Notes under the pieces: model-generated
What the model was told of the DNA's origin: nothing
Databases searched by the model: none
What the model saw: only the letters and a program-made list of their open reading frames with translations
Translations under genes and position numbers: made by a program
NCBI GenBank assembly: GCA_000934665.2
Contig: JYFJ02002511.1
Location: 1 to 55,780 of the forward strand
Origin: Catajapyx aquilonaris
Taxonomy: Eukaryota
Direction: 5' to 3'
DNA length: 55,780 nt
Shown here: positions 24,001 to 37,378 of the stretch, one piece after another
Layout: every line of letters begins with the position of its first letter
How positions within the stretch are numbered: the stretch's first letter is position 1

Positions 24001-24155
24001 TTTTCATGCCAATTTACTTCTGAGCTGTTAATTTACTGGTTTCTTCCCTACAGGTGAATGACATGGTTCACGGAAGAGACAGGCGCCCAGAGCTGGGGTA
24101 CAAGGCAGCTATGGACCTATTGCAGCAGATGACGCAGAAGGGATCGACTAATTAA
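18084..24155 (+). CDS. Naam: Nicotinamidase (isochorismatase family) with N-terminal EF-hand pair, ~410 aa
   Basis: Exons 18084-18316, 18382-18511, 20451-20507, 22319-22423, 22496-22958, 23018-23160, 24054-24155(TAA). EF loops FDKDGDEGLSLNEF and FDTNKDGVIDLDEF; VDVQNDFISGSL, SLDWHP.DHVSF, LWPRHCVQGSWG, KG.NPDVDSYSAFFDN, CGIAFDFCV (Asp-Lys-Cys triad), GRDRRPELGY. Start could alternatively be the later METCF ATG. Confidence 0.93.
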
Positions 24156-25406
24156 CAAAAACAGTATGCATCCCTTCAGGTATAGTGACTGCCTTACACA
24201 CGTAGTAGGTTGACACATTTTCTGTTTTTAGGGAGGCACATCAGAGTCAGGTGTTTTCATCCACATACTCTGATGCAAATAATTTTTCACAGCTGCTCAT
24301 AACTTGTATTCCCATAACTGTTGTTAGCGTATCCTTTCTCCATAAATCCTGTTACTGGTACATTTCAACTACCTTCAACTTCACTTGCTACTACAACTAC
24401 TGATCTCAGCACTAGTCTGGAGACCATTTATACACTGGACCAGGAGGAGGAAACCTCCTGCACTCTTGCATAAGATATGGCTCTATGGTTATATGTGTCA
24501 TAACAAGCCTTCTAAGGGCAAGGGTAGTTCCCAAACTCTGTGATATTATGAATCTCACTCACTTGTAAGTAATATCATTTGCTGGTGTCTTTAATTCTGG
24601 GAAGAACCATACCACCCACTGTGTAAGTGGTTGTAACTTGTACGTAGCAACAAACGGTAGGGAGAGTCATTTGAGACAATTTTGAGAAATACATCGGTCA
24701 TTTTTTCAGGAAAATTGAGGGAAACTTGATATCTAGTATTTTGATGCTTTTACTAATTTGCGTTTGCTATTCTTACCACCTTACGATCCACAATGACAAA
24801 ATAGAGATCAAGATTTAGTTCCTGTCCCACATACCTGTAAGGGTAGATTGTACCATAGTGCATTGTTTTTCTCGGGTTTTTAACTGATGAGAAAAACAGT
24901 GTTACAGGTGATGAAAAATTAGAAATGTATCATGAAAACTGCAGAGGTACTACTTATCTGTTATTCTATGGATATGGATATTGCAGATTGGGAACTACTA
25001 ATGTCAAGCTCATTACTCATGTAATTACCAAGTGAATATACCACACTAAAAGATATGTGAGGGTGTGTCACAAATTCAAACATAAGTGAGCATAAGAGAA
25101 AATGGGCCATTAGGGAGCTGTTTGTGAGCTGCAGCAATTCAATTCCGCTTGGGCTTTACAGGAGGTGCCTGAGTGGCGGCAGAATTGGAGAAGTCCAACC
25201 TAAAATATTGTGGTGGTTGGGAAATGGGCAGGGAGATGGTGGCGGAGGGGTCACCACTGTTTATCTGAATCTGCTTCTTTAGAGATGGGGTTGATATGGT
25301 GCTATGATTCTTCCTGTGACTCACTGCCACCCATTTCCCACCCAGTTCACTAGCTACTGAGTTTATGAAACAGCCTTTTGTTTTAAACGAAATAAATTAT
25401 ATACAG

Positions 25407-25703
25407 CAGTGGTCTTCCAACACTTTTCTGATCCTGGAACCCTTTGCTTAGTCAAATTTTGTCCAACTATGTACAAGCACCTAGGAAATAACTTTATGAA
25501 TAACTAATAACAGAATGGTGCTATTATTTAATTTATTACAACCATAAAGGAAATTAAAACAATGGGCAAAGAGGAGCTTTCGATATTGATACCAGAATGA
25601 TTACCTGATTATTATAACAGAGTAATTACCTCAAATATAGCTGAACCCTGCAGACATGGCCAGATAACTCTGGTTTTCTGTAGAAAACTGGTGAAGACCT
25701 CTG
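25407..25703. mobile_element. Degenerate hAT/Charlie-like MITE
   Basis: Ends cagtggtcttccaac ... ggtgaagacctctg are imperfect inverted repeats of the CAGTGGTYYYCAA type, with internal ggaaccc/gaaccctg motifs. TSD not cleanly preserved. Confidence 0.4.
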
Positions 25704-28683
25704 TTGTAGAGTAATTGATTTTTAAATATACAGTATAATGATATTGATTGCTTCCAACATACAAGATTATTCACTTCTACAATTTGAGGGAAATATTACT
25801 GACCCACACAGAGCTAGACAATAATTCAGGACTGCAGTTGACAAATCCGTCCATTCAGACGTCCAATCACTTTTCTATGTCAGATGTGTTTTGCCTGGCT
25901 CTCATAACCACCTATGCCTCCAAATAAATTCATGGGAAGGACATAGTTTAGATACATGTGATACATCTAAAATACCTGAGTGTCAGTTCCCATGTTGGTT
26001 TTAGTAGCTTTATCCTCATTCTCATGTACCCAGTCACATTCCAGCTCTCTTCCAACTTCCACTCTCCATTTTCCCTCCTTTCCCTTATCCTCCCCCACAT
26101 TTCCTAGACTGCTTCTTCAGTGTCTGCAGTCATATACTAGAAAGCTGTAACTGCAGGTGAATGTAATAACAGTGAAACATACCCTTAATGTAGCATTAAT
26201 TAGTGAAATGCAACATTTTTGTTCCATCTTGGCAGATGATATTTCTGTCACATAATGGAAACTTGTTTATTACAGAAATATTTTGCCGAGTGTAACAATT
26301 CCACTGTGTGCTATGGCTACAATATTATCCCCATAAGAAAAGTACGTCAAAGTCTGGAATAATATTGTGCTTATAGTACAGGTTTCACTGTATAATAATT
26401 CCATGCCATTGTAGGTAACTTGATGTCATTGTCTCCCTGTAGTTAAGGCTTTCTTGTGTAGTGCAGCAGTATTACCTTATGTAAGGTGTTCATAATGCGT
26501 TATTCATCAAATAGTACTGTCTTAATAGTGATCACATGTCTGTATTACCACTGTTGGAACCTGAATGTGTGCTGGAACTAATCTTACAGAATTAGTTGGT
26601 TCTGAACCTGTCACGGAAGTGAGCCTTCAAGTATACTTGAGAGCATTGTTTCTGCAGCTGTTTCAATTGTAATAGATTTGTTACATTTTGATATTTTAAT
26701 TGCAAAATTACTGGAAATCAAAAATCTCTTACATTTTAATTACATGACCGATATGATGAATTTCCTTGGCAATTTGGCAGCTTTCTACATGAATCTGGCT
26801 GATCAGGTCAATTGAAGAGTTTTCACAGTAACATTGCTTGAAAGTAAGAAAACTTGAAAAGATATTATGTTTTGAATGCCATCCCATGTACAATCTATAG
26901 CCATCTAGTTGCATGCGGTACAATACTTAATGAAGTTAGCAATCCAGTACTTACATTAGTAAGAATCATCAAGAGAGTAATATGTGACGTGGTTAGAACA
27001 GTTGACATACTGCTGTCGTAATGGGATGTACGCCTGGAAAACTGGACCAAGTGAGGCATCAAGGATTGAAGTGCCTTTTGCAACCAGATGTGCAGTGAGC
27101 TCGAGTGTTGTGTGAAACTCACATATTATCTGTGGTATTATCCACCTCTAATGCATATCATATGCTGGGAAAAGAGCCTGCGATCGACATCTGTGTGCTT
27201 ACCGACACTATCATGTACTTACCCTGTACTTAACTGCTGCGTGTGGCTCTGCATGTAGCTACACCTTATCATTAAAGAGTGAGAAAGTGCAGGTGTGAGT
27301 CTATTTCCTCCTATGATCCTACCACAGCAATGGAATGAAGAAATTATTGATGATTTGTACTGCTTTTCAGCAGACTTTTTTTTTATAGTTACATTGTGAT
27401 AGGGCTGGGCCCTCTTAAAGAGGAAGGGGATTTTAACGTCGAACTATATGTTCCAAGGTTTTTGATGCCCTGGTCCTGGGGCGGGGTGACAGGGAGGGAA
27501 TGTGCAGTGTGCAGTGCATTGTTGTTTGCGAAGGTCATTTTGTGAGCTCCCCGGGTGGTTAGTTTAGCGGAAATCCCATCCAAGGCGAAGCCAGAGACGA
27601 CCTCAAACTCCACAGGAGATGAAAGGGGGGAATGCCCAGGGTTGATGTCAAACATAGGACCCTTCCATCCGTGGGAGCATATGTTACTGCAGTGCCATTC
27701 TGCCTCCCCTGCCTTCTGTAGACTTTGCAAGAGATTTATATGCTGCAGTTGTTAAAAAGTCATGTGATGAGGTCGAATTAGGTATTTCCTTATTACTGCA
27801 TAAAGGGGAATATTCAGATGTAGTTGGAGCCTACTTCTTGGGGCCATGAAAATGTGCTTCTTATACAAATCGGAGCATGAATTATATCATTTGTAGTAGT
27901 GTTTCTGCAAAGTTCATGTTCAAATATTACGCATTTTACTCTCTCGGTACTATTCTACAATGGAGGAAACATTCTCTCTGGCGCTTGCATCAATTTTGTT
28001 GTATTGGAAGAATTATTATCGAAGCATAAGGAAAGTATCATGTCATATTTACAGCGTCCAGTCATTCACTTTTGAGCATGGCCTGTGCAAAAGAAAACCA
28101 ACTTCAATAAGTGCTCTACGTGTTGGAAATTCTCACTGCACTATGCCAACATTCCTGACTGTTGTTCTCCCTGTGTTTCAAATATGTGGGACTACGTACT
28201 TTTGTCACGTAGTACCTTCCTAGGTAGACATTTCAGTTATCACAGTTTGATCAGAAAAAAAAATTCAACCAATTGTAAGGGAAAAGAAGTGGGGTAGTAA
28301 TGGAGTTGTGGCCATCAAAGTGATTGTCAAAGTTGGCACTTATGGCACATCCGCTGTTGCCCTGAAAAATATCATTCAAGGCAGAAATGTGATAAATGCA
28401 CTGCAATAATTTACTGGCCGTTTTACGCAACACTTGCACTTTCTCAAGTGCACACACTTATTCTAAAGTATACAACTATATTGCATATTGGTACGAAAGC
28501 CACAGCCAGGGCCTCACATCCTGTGGTCCCATTTTTTGTCCAGAGACCTGTAGAAGTTTGCGGCTTGCAAAAGGAGAGTGTGATATGTTTTGCTTGATAT
28601 GTCTCTGGTCACTTCTTAAGTTTTTAACCACATTAATGGTCATGTGTAAAGTAGATGGCATAAGGGGATATGTTGGGTAAATG

Positions 28684-31600
28684 TCAGAGTGGTGGGGATG
28701 GCGAATGCTTGGGTGTGTGGTCATCATCATCGTCATCATTGTAGTCATTGTTGTCATCTGCACCATCATCAGTGTCATCTGCATATCCAAAGTAGTCGTG
28801 GTGCAAGGAATGGATGCATAGTGCGGTGGGTGTGCTTCCACCACTGCCAGGGGTGGTGGTGGTTGGTGTTGTCACGGCAGTTGTTGTTGTTCCAGGAGAG
28901 TCGTCCTTCTCAACACGCGTTTCCTTCTCAGAAGTTGACGGTGGAGGAGATGATGATGGGGTGCGAGGTGGAGATGATAATGGAGTGTGAGGTGGTGGGG
29001 ATGACGGAGATTCGTCTGATCCGACCAAGGGTGGAATGTACAGGAGGAAGGCGGGATCGAAGGCGAAGAAGGAGCCAGGGGCTGCCCCAGCATTGTCCAC
29101 ATCATAATCATAATAGTCCATCTCCAGCTGGTCCTCCGCCACACCCGAATTATTGCCATTCAGTGATGCTGTGGATGATGGTGACAAACTGGACAGCGGC
29201 CTTTGTGGTGTACTCTGTGGAGTGCTGTCCTCTTGTGCTGGTATTATTTTTTGATTCTGTTTCTTCCTCTTCCTCTGGAGCAGGCGTCTGAGGTTGCTCT
29301 TCTCTTTAGCATCCTTAACACTGTCCATCTCGCTGTCTTTGTCTTCCACCACATCCTCCTGCGTTTTGTCCTCCTGTACTGTTGGGGATGTGGGCGACTT
29401 AGGGCCCTGACTAGCTGGCAGTAGTAGTGGTGAGTATGTGCGACATCTTCGCATTTTTCTGTTAGCATCCGCCTTCCCTTTTGACTTGTCTGCATCTGAC
29501 GGCCATTCTTCCTCATCCTCCGTGGACGAGTGCCTTTGCAGACGAGGAAGAAACTTCTGCTTCGGAACTAGCAAGGGAGAGCATGGCAGAGAGTAGGTCC
29601 TCCTGGACCTTCTTTCTCCAACTTTTTGTCCATCTTCCGCACGAAGCATGGGCGCCCCCTCTTCAGTGGACGCCCCGCGACGCAGGCGACGCCCTATGAA
29701 CGACGCCACGGACACGTTTGTACACGACGTTGCTGGTGTGTCTGCAAAACACGATTCATTGTCAGTTATTACGACAAAACAACTGCTACCAGGATGACTT
29801 ACCTGCATGTGGGACACTAGTAACCGACGGCGATGTCTGCAGGTGCTTCCTCTTTTTCCGCTGCAGATGTCGTCGCCGACGAAGAAGCAGGAACACAAGC
29901 AGGGGCAGCAGGAACAACAGGAGAATAGTCGCTGCTGCCGGAAGGAGAAGGATGGCCGCATGGGACGCAGCCAACTTTTCCGGCCAGTTGGACGGAGGCG
30001 GAGCAGAAGAGATGTTGAGGACGCTGCTGTTGGCCACTGCGTATATGACCGTGGCCCTGAAGAAAGCTTGTCCCACACACTCGTCGTTCGGTGGCAGCGA
30101 TGATGAGTCGCCCTGCTGGACACGGTTCTTGCTCGGAGGCGAGAAGAACTCCAGCAACAGTGGTCCATCCGGAGATGAGGCCTGCAGCAGCATCGGAGGA
30201 CCGGATCTGGGCTGATAATGGGCCGGTCCAGGGGCGGAGAGCAGCGCCAGAAGAGGGGCCGAGAGTGAGTCCCCATCTCGTAGTCGGAGGCTCTGCCCGG
30301 GGCAAGGCAGGCTCCACGAGGAGATCAGGATGCGCAATGGACCTTCTCCTTCCCGAGGCGGATCTGGAGGCTGGAAGAGCCAAATGGCCCTACCGATGCA
30401 CCGGGCTGAGGAGGATCCCAGCCGCCTTCTGCCCGGGGCAGACGTGAAGTGCATGATGCATCCACATGAGCATCCAGGACCCGTTTCTTCCTCATCCTCC
30501 TGGTCCAGCCCATGCTCGCCCGATCCGTCCTTCTCCACCTGCCCAGGAGGCACGAAAGGGTGGCACGGCATGGCTCCCCAACACGGGGCCGACTCCACCG
30601 CCGCCCCGGGGCAGGAATCTGCCGCTCCAAAAGCCGGCGCTGGAGAATCGCAGAACCTGTGTCTGAGCCTCACCCCTGATGAGGAGTCTGGTCCACGCCT
30701 GCAGGTCATACTGCAGGATGACCACGACGACCACTGACCCCAAGCGCCTTCTGCAGACTCTGAAAATAATCATATTCAACGGTCAGAGAGGGTGGGCTTT
30801 GTCCACGTGGTGACTCATCACCAACGTGCATGTACTAATTAATAATAATCGACAATTTTTAGTGCACATCGATTGTTTTCATTGATCAACCATCATCGCC
30901 ATCTGTTGCTGGCACATCCCTTTGAATGTTGTCGTCTGAGGGTGTTAATGACACCACGCAGTCTGGCTATGGAGGCCGGAAGCTCCACAATCTAGCCTGG
31001 GTCTGTCAGATAAGCCGCCTTCGCAGTGAATAGGATCCCCTGCAACGACTTGTTTGGCGGCGCAAAAGATGAGGTGCGAAGGATCATTTCAGGCCGCCTT
31101 TATGGTGCCATATCTGGGGAGAACCCCTCGCAATTTGGGCACGGTAATTGCCGTCGACTGGGAATTGCCCAGGATGGAACTAAGGGGAAAGAGACTCCGG
31201 ATTTACAAAACGTAACGCCTTGAACCAGATCCCCTGATTTGTTCCTAAGAAGAAATCACACTGAACCCTGTAATCTCCTTATAACTACGAACGAATCGAC
31301 CTCCTTTAATAACGATTAAGTTACTGCTGTAACAGAGATAAGGTTGGATGGAAACCAGCAATCCATGGACTTTGCACAAGGGGGAGACTAAGTACTGAAT
31401 AAGCTAGTTGGGGAAGGGACGCAGAGAAAGATTTATTGATGATAAGAGGTGCAGTATGGCGAAATGGATCCAGCTGAAAGAAGAGAAAAAGTGTATCCCG
31501 AGGGATGAGAGGGGGTAGGGAGAGAAAACCGGGCAAATTGATTATCATCCGCTCTGCAAACGTGTATTGTGAGTTACTTGCTTGCCGACGGTTATAATGT

Positions 31601-34600
31601 TACAGGGAAATGGGGATAGGGACCGGCTCGCTTCCTCAGGCACTGCCTGGGAGTAAATCATGGCGTCTTTGCACTATATTGAACATCATTCAGGGTTGCG
31701 TCTGGGGGCCGGAGGATTTACCCGTGGGCCCGGCTTTTGGTGGAGTTAATTATGATTTATTGGGTATACACGTGCACGACGGACATTGCGTTTCATAAGT
31801 AAACCGTCACGACCGTTCTACGGGATGATGAGGAGGGAAAAGTCGGAAGGACTTTCGTAATGGGAGACCGAATGTGGCAGTCGTGTGAAACCACTGAGAA
31901 ATACCTGGCAATGGTAGCGTCGGTATGCAGACGTCTCTGACGTGACTGACGGCGCCGGAAGCAGCAACATTGACGTATACGAAGCAGTATCTTGGGAAGC
32001 GTTCAGAGAACAAGGTGCAGGCGAATTGGACCAAGCTGCTGGTGTTGCTGGTGCTGAAGAAGGTCGATGGTGACCTGTTGGTCGATCTGTTTGGAAGAGG
32101 AAGAGCCTTCTCCTGGACGTACACCATTTTGGTCAGCTGTTGTTGCTGGAAGTGACCACTCTCCAGGGCAAACAGTCGGATCTGAAAATGTTATAGGGAA
32201 TTACAGCAATTCTTGTTGTTCCACATTGCACGGGTACTTACGCGGTCTTGTCCTGGAAGGCAGTTGGGAGATCTCCAGTACACTTCGAGATGCTTGGTGC
32301 ACGGGAAGACCGAAGGCCGGTCCATCTCACCATGATGCTGCTGGGGCCTGGACAACGACAACTGAAACAAGTCACTCCAGTGCACGCGGATGGACGGGCT
32401 GACGGCCACCACCACTTCCTCCTCATCCTCCGCTTCTTCAACAGTCTCGTTGTCCCCTGACGACTGCGCATGGTGCATCCTCATCACCAGTGCCAAACGG
32501 AATGTCCCAGCCGGTCCCAAGAGGCGACAATCCAGAAGCACATGGGCCACACCCGATCTAAAGAACCGCTCGGGGTCCAGCTGCTGCGAGTTCAGCACAC
32601 TTCGGACACCCTGTCCGCACCCGTCCTGAGCTGGCCTGGTGCCGCAAAACCACAGCTGCAATGCCAGACCCATGGGCGGCCCCGAGGCGACATCTGCTGC
32701 CACTGCTGAGGGTGGCACGCATGTGGCGGATGTCAGCTGCATTGAGACGGATATGGGCCCACTGTAAGTCTCCAAAGTGTCCGGCATGTCGAATGCTAGA
32801 GTGGGCCAGCTGACCACCACGCTGCTGGTGACCGGGGCGGCCCCTGGGCGGCACTGCAGCGGCTTTCCGTCCGGCCGCATGAGCCGTGCTTGCATGAGGC
32901 CGCTTCCCAACACAGCCCCACACTCGAAACGCACTCGACCTGGGGACGACAGCCTCTTGGTAGCCGCCACTTTGCCCGTGTCGGTCCACACCAGCTGAAG
33001 ATGCCGGGCCAAGGCTCGTGCTGGCCCAGGGGCAGCCCCCCAACGCACCTCCAGCTCTCCCTGCAGAGCCCGGTATGAACTGGGCATCCGCACCCAGCAT
33101 TCTTCTGATGCTCCTTCTCTTCTTGCACCAACTGCAATTAAACAGGTTGATTAAAATACTCTTTATATGTAATAAGTATATTTAAATAAGACAACTGGTA
33201 AGGTACATGTGCGATACATGAACCCCATTTTCGCTGAAGCCCCACCCTTTCTTCTTCTCAGTTTCCTCACTCCCTGGTTGCTAGGTAAACTAGTAAAATC
33301 AAATTATTGTTGCCAGGTAACGAAAGAAAGTACATTCGGGGAAAAAAATGGGAGTGGAATGGGCATGAAATTAGATCAGGTTGTTCGCTGCCTGTATTGT
33401 GAGGGACATGTTTCTTCAACAGAGAGATTGGATGGAAATATCATGCAAATGGGACCACTGCTATTTTGATGACTGACAAGTGAGTGCAGGCAATTCCAGT
33501 CGGGCAATACCAGCACATCGCATTATTTATGTATCCAGGTTGATGAAAAATAGACGCTAGAAAAAAAATATATTTGCTTCTTCCCCCAATTGCTATGGCT
33601 GGTCCAGGTTGGGAACTTAGATGACGTAATTCCAGCAGGGAGTAGGGGGGAAAAGGGAATGATGGACAAGAGAGGCATGAATTAATAAAGCGACGCGGTT
33701 AAGGCCAACGAAGTTATATACGTAAGGTGAATGGCAGACTGGTCGATGGGCTTTCTCGGACACCACTAGTATTAGACATTGATATACCATATGCATGAGC
33801 ACATCGAAAAGTAAGGTTACTACCCCTACAAAGATAACAGCCCTTTAGGTATGGTATATGCACGCATTTTGTGCTGCACGATCATCCAAATTGTCGCACC
33901 TCACCAAACATTTTGATACAGGCTGATGTAGGTGCGAGTTATTGCCAGGGAAAGTGTCGTGTGTTTTTGGACATGGTAATGTGTGGGCTTCCCCTTCTGT
34001 CCTAATCCCCCCCGTAGCACAGACCCCACCCCATTGCTGTGAATTGATGCCCCACCCACACCCCTTCTTTTTACCCTTGGTTGTATATATATACATACCC
34101 GTAGAGTCCACTGGGGAAACACGCCATGGGTCGATCGATGCTACGGATTTTCCATATACCATTTGTAATCACATGTGTAGGCCATTGTTGGTACTATTGT
34201 CGCACTGTATGAAACAAAAATTCGCGGACAATCTTTTTGCGTGGCGCCACCAGTACGTAACATTTTTTTAAATGTCCATAATACTGTATTTGCTTTGTGT
34301 AAGCAGAAGAGCCCGGTGGTGCTATGCGGGCGAAGAAGCAATGGAGGGGACAATGTTTGCGGCTGACGGCATCTTTTTTGCCTAGCAACCAACCGGGGAC
34401 AGAGTGAGGGGGGGATTGTGGGGACTTGAGACACATTACTACCTGAGCTAGGCTAATTGACTACGGTAGAAGGGATCTCTCGGGAAATGACGAGAGGGGA
34501 CGGAGGAAAAATGAAGAAAGGAAGGCAAAAGGAAAGCGGAGGGGGGGGTCGAAACCCAACAATACACTTTTCTGGTTGGCTGCACCGATTCAGTAATGGC

Positions 34601-34920
34601 CAAAAGTGTAATGGACCCTGAAGCCCATGTCCATGAATGTGGTTTGCGTGCAAGCCGTTTGGTGCAAGTGTCACTCCGTTTATGAGCTCATTTTGCGCAC
34701 TAAAAACAGCAGGGGGGTTACATTATGCAAATGAATTCCAGATTCCTCCACATCCCTAATTATGTGGGTACACTACCTTGTATACTATCCGATTTACGAA
34801 GAATTTGTTTTGGAAGAGGTCAGAGGTCAAAGTTGAGTACTGACCTTTATCCGAAGCAATGGCGACTCCATCAGAGCCGATGACCAGAAGCAGAGCGACG
34901 ATGCAGGTGTGTCCAAGCAT
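28684..34920 (-). CDS. gogo: Golden goal (Gogo)/THSD1-like single-pass receptor with TSP1 and CUB domains, ~1085 aa
   Basis: Exons 34920-34845, 33131-32242, 32181-31905, 30759-29803, 29741-28684, all phase-consistent. Signal peptide MLGHTCIVALLLVIGSDG; Cys-containing GOGO-like ectodomain; TSP1 WGQWSSWSSCSMTC..RLRHRFCDSPAP; CUB-like CSCGC..C....IWL..LPCPGQSLRLRDGDSLSAPLL; TM AILLLPAAATILLLFLLPLLVFLLL then RRRR; cytoplasmic LEMDYYDYDV..APGSF with the YYD motif at 29107-29115. Possible non-coding 5' exon ending ~36700. Confidence 0.85.
30811..30833. repeat. Dispersed short repeat, copy 3 (partial)
   Basis: tgactcatcaccaacgtgcatgt is the exact 23-nt reverse complement of 5568-5590; lies in a gogo intron. 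Confidence 0.7.
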
Positions 34921-35960
34921 GTCGTCTAACTGTAGCGTCGGGGGCGTCCCTTTTCCCTGCGGCGCTAGATGCGTGGGTGGTGCGGCCAGTAACCCAATAG
35001 CCCCTTAGGGGCCAACAGGGCGGAGGTCATATCGGCCGTTCCATCATCGACTGCTGGATGACCTCGATCCTGATAAACAACAGGTCAGAATGAATGGAAA
35101 CAGGATTTAATTAATAGGGACTGGCAGCAGGAAACTAGGATTATTCACTTAAAAAGAAGCCGCCGTGAAAGCATGCAACAGATCGATGGGCAGGTAGTGA
35201 CCTCGGCCTCCCTTCGAGGGACCTCTGATTGGCCCAAACCTTCTTCCGGCCGGAACATCGATTCCTTTCACTATACACACCTGTATATGCATTTCGGTAA
35301 CGTCCTACTATAACACCCTGTATAAAATTTGATGGCCTCGAAAATGCGCTTCTGGCTATTGATTGCAGTAGCTGCCCCGAGGTCAACAGGGTGTGTCAGA
35401 ACTACCTACAATATCCCAAGCATTTTGACACACCTTGTATATACCGGACGCGCTATATACGAGAGTGCTAAGATGAACACGGGAAGAAAATTGCGGAGAA
35501 TTCCAGGGGCCGTCCATCCGGAAAAAGCTCCGGAGGCCCGTAAAAGAAGAGGGGGAGGGGTCGGAGGTTGGGGGGGGGGGGGGGNTCGAAAAGTGCCAGC
35601 TGTCTTTTGCTCCTCGGATGGAAACGAGCCTCGAGTATCTCAAGGGACACTTTTACGACGCCTCTTCCGCGTCCTTCTTGCCCTCACAGACACTACGATA
35701 ACCATTGCATCTACTCTTCGTATATGGTTGGTTTAACTGTTAGTCCCAACAGTGCTGCCAAAAAGTGCGGAATCCAATCAAGTTTGTGACACCGACTTAA
35801 TTACATTCAAATTAGTTTTATTCCCAGAATAGTGCGTGCACCGAGGCCAAAATTGGGGGGTTCAATCCGTATTGCGTGACTGATTCGACTGGAAGTGAGG
35901 TCACCAGAGGCCTCCCAAAAAAAATTGGGGAAATACCTGTTGCCACATGAGCTGTTACTA

Positions 35961-36088
35961 CAATCCGTTAAGCCAAAGAACGATCTGACGTCACGTTCAG
36001 CCCCGCCTCCACCTAGCTCTGTAACTACTGCGCATGCTCAGAAAACACTGCTGATGTGACGTCAGATCATTCTTTGGCTTACGGACTG
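35961..36088. mobile_element. 128-bp Tc1/mariner-type MITE upstream of the gogo start codon
   Basis: TA flanks at 35959-60 and 36089-90; left caatccgttaagccaaagaacgatctgacgtcac vs right reverse complement cagtccgtaagccaaagaatgatctgacgtcac. Confidence 0.85.
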
Positions 36089-37352
36089 TAATGTTGCTGG
36101 AGGACTTTTCCTACCATTTCATATCAATGGCAAATGGTATGGTCACCCCCATAAAGCCACCAGTATCCGGACACGCACGCATGCGGTGCACCATTCATCA
36201 GCATCAAGTTTAGTTACGATATGAAAATCCGAGTTCATTTCATTGATCCTTCTTGGCACGTCATTTGCTATAATTCCGCCGTCGGCGGCATCAAAGGGAT
36301 TAATCCATGCATTCACCCCCGAGTCTCCCCTTTCCCCCATCCCCCCTTCAACAGCATTCACCATTTCCCCCTCCAACAGCACGTCCTCCCTAGCCACATA
36401 CAGTACATGTCACTTAAGCCTCGACGTGAACTTGATGTGAATTTGCGAGTGTCACTCCCCGCAAAGTTTGCCCCTTTCTCTCTAGGGATGGCAACAAAGA
36501 TATGGATCCTCCACATTTGAACCGAGGTATAGTTGAAGGCTCTTCGGCCACTCCTGGTCTTGAAGCAGCTCTTCGCACATGCCCCACGGTAAGGAGGTGT
36601 GTGTGAAGGGTTGCTTCAAGGTTAGGATAAAGTGGCCGGAACTAATTGAGCCCCCAATGGTGCCAATACATTTCAAGCGATTTCAAGTAACCTGCTTACC
36701 GTCCTCAGCGGTCCTTAGTTCACATCCCTCCAGTAGTGTTTCGGAGCGACGTCGATGGCGTCGTCGACGTCTGAAGCACCCTGTCCAAATGTGCCTTTCC
36801 CTCCGTGCCTGCCTAGCTCCCCTCCTATACACTCACCCACCCCTCTATGCCCAACCCCTCTTCACCCCTCGTATACCTCCCCCTCAGTGCTGCAAAAGGG
36901 GGGTGCTCTCATTATGTTTGGTGGGCCATGATGCACGATGGATGGATTGATTGTTACTACTTCAAAATGTTGCCACTCTTATACTGGACAGTGGGCAGAT
37001 AGTAACTAAGCAGATGTCTTTTTTGGAAAAAAAAGTGACGCCAATGTTGCGTGCGTGCGTGCATGAGTTTTCCCCCCACCTTGCTCATGCACCACCTCCA
37101 GGCATGTGCTGACCCGGTCAAAGGTCGCTTGAACTGGAAAGCCATTAGCTGCGGTTGGCTTCATTGCTATCGCGGTATTTCAGGCGTTGGCGGATAAACT
37201 GGTGATGTATCGCCAAGGGGACGGGGATGTAAAACCCGTGTAGTTTCGCAGGCCACAAATGTGTACCAGTGTCAGATACCGTACGCACTTTTTGGCGCTG
37301 ATTAATTTCTGGCAGAGGAATCCCAGCCCGATTGTTGCTATAGCGACCTGAT

Positions 37353-37378
37353 GAGAGAGAGAGAGAGAGGGGGGGGGN
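37353..37378. repeat. (GA)n microsatellite followed by poly-G and an N
   Basis: gagagagagagagagaggggggggggn seen directly; a similar poly-G+N occurs at ~35569-35585. Confidence 0.8.

Noticed and set aside
26170..26390. Tigger-like MITE (cagtgaaac...gtttcactg); similar ends near 11834, 45280 and 47868
   Set aside because: Only short or one-sided TIR matches; too degenerate to delimit confidently.
28630..28686. Stop-codon readthrough of gogo (TGA-C context)
   Set aside because: Only about 17 further codons and no comparative evidence.
29742..30276. First part of the 530-aa ORF 28684-30276 as an overlapping gene
   Set aside because: Alternative frame of gogo exon 4 plus a 61-nt intron; GC-rich sequence explains the lack of stops.
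31075..31088. gcgaaggatcatt resembling the 18S rRNA 3' end
   Set aside because: Match of about 10 nt only, no flanking rRNA similarity.
35569..35585. Poly-G ending in N (also ~37378)
   Set aside because: Likely homopolymer sequencing/assembly uncertainty, not biology.
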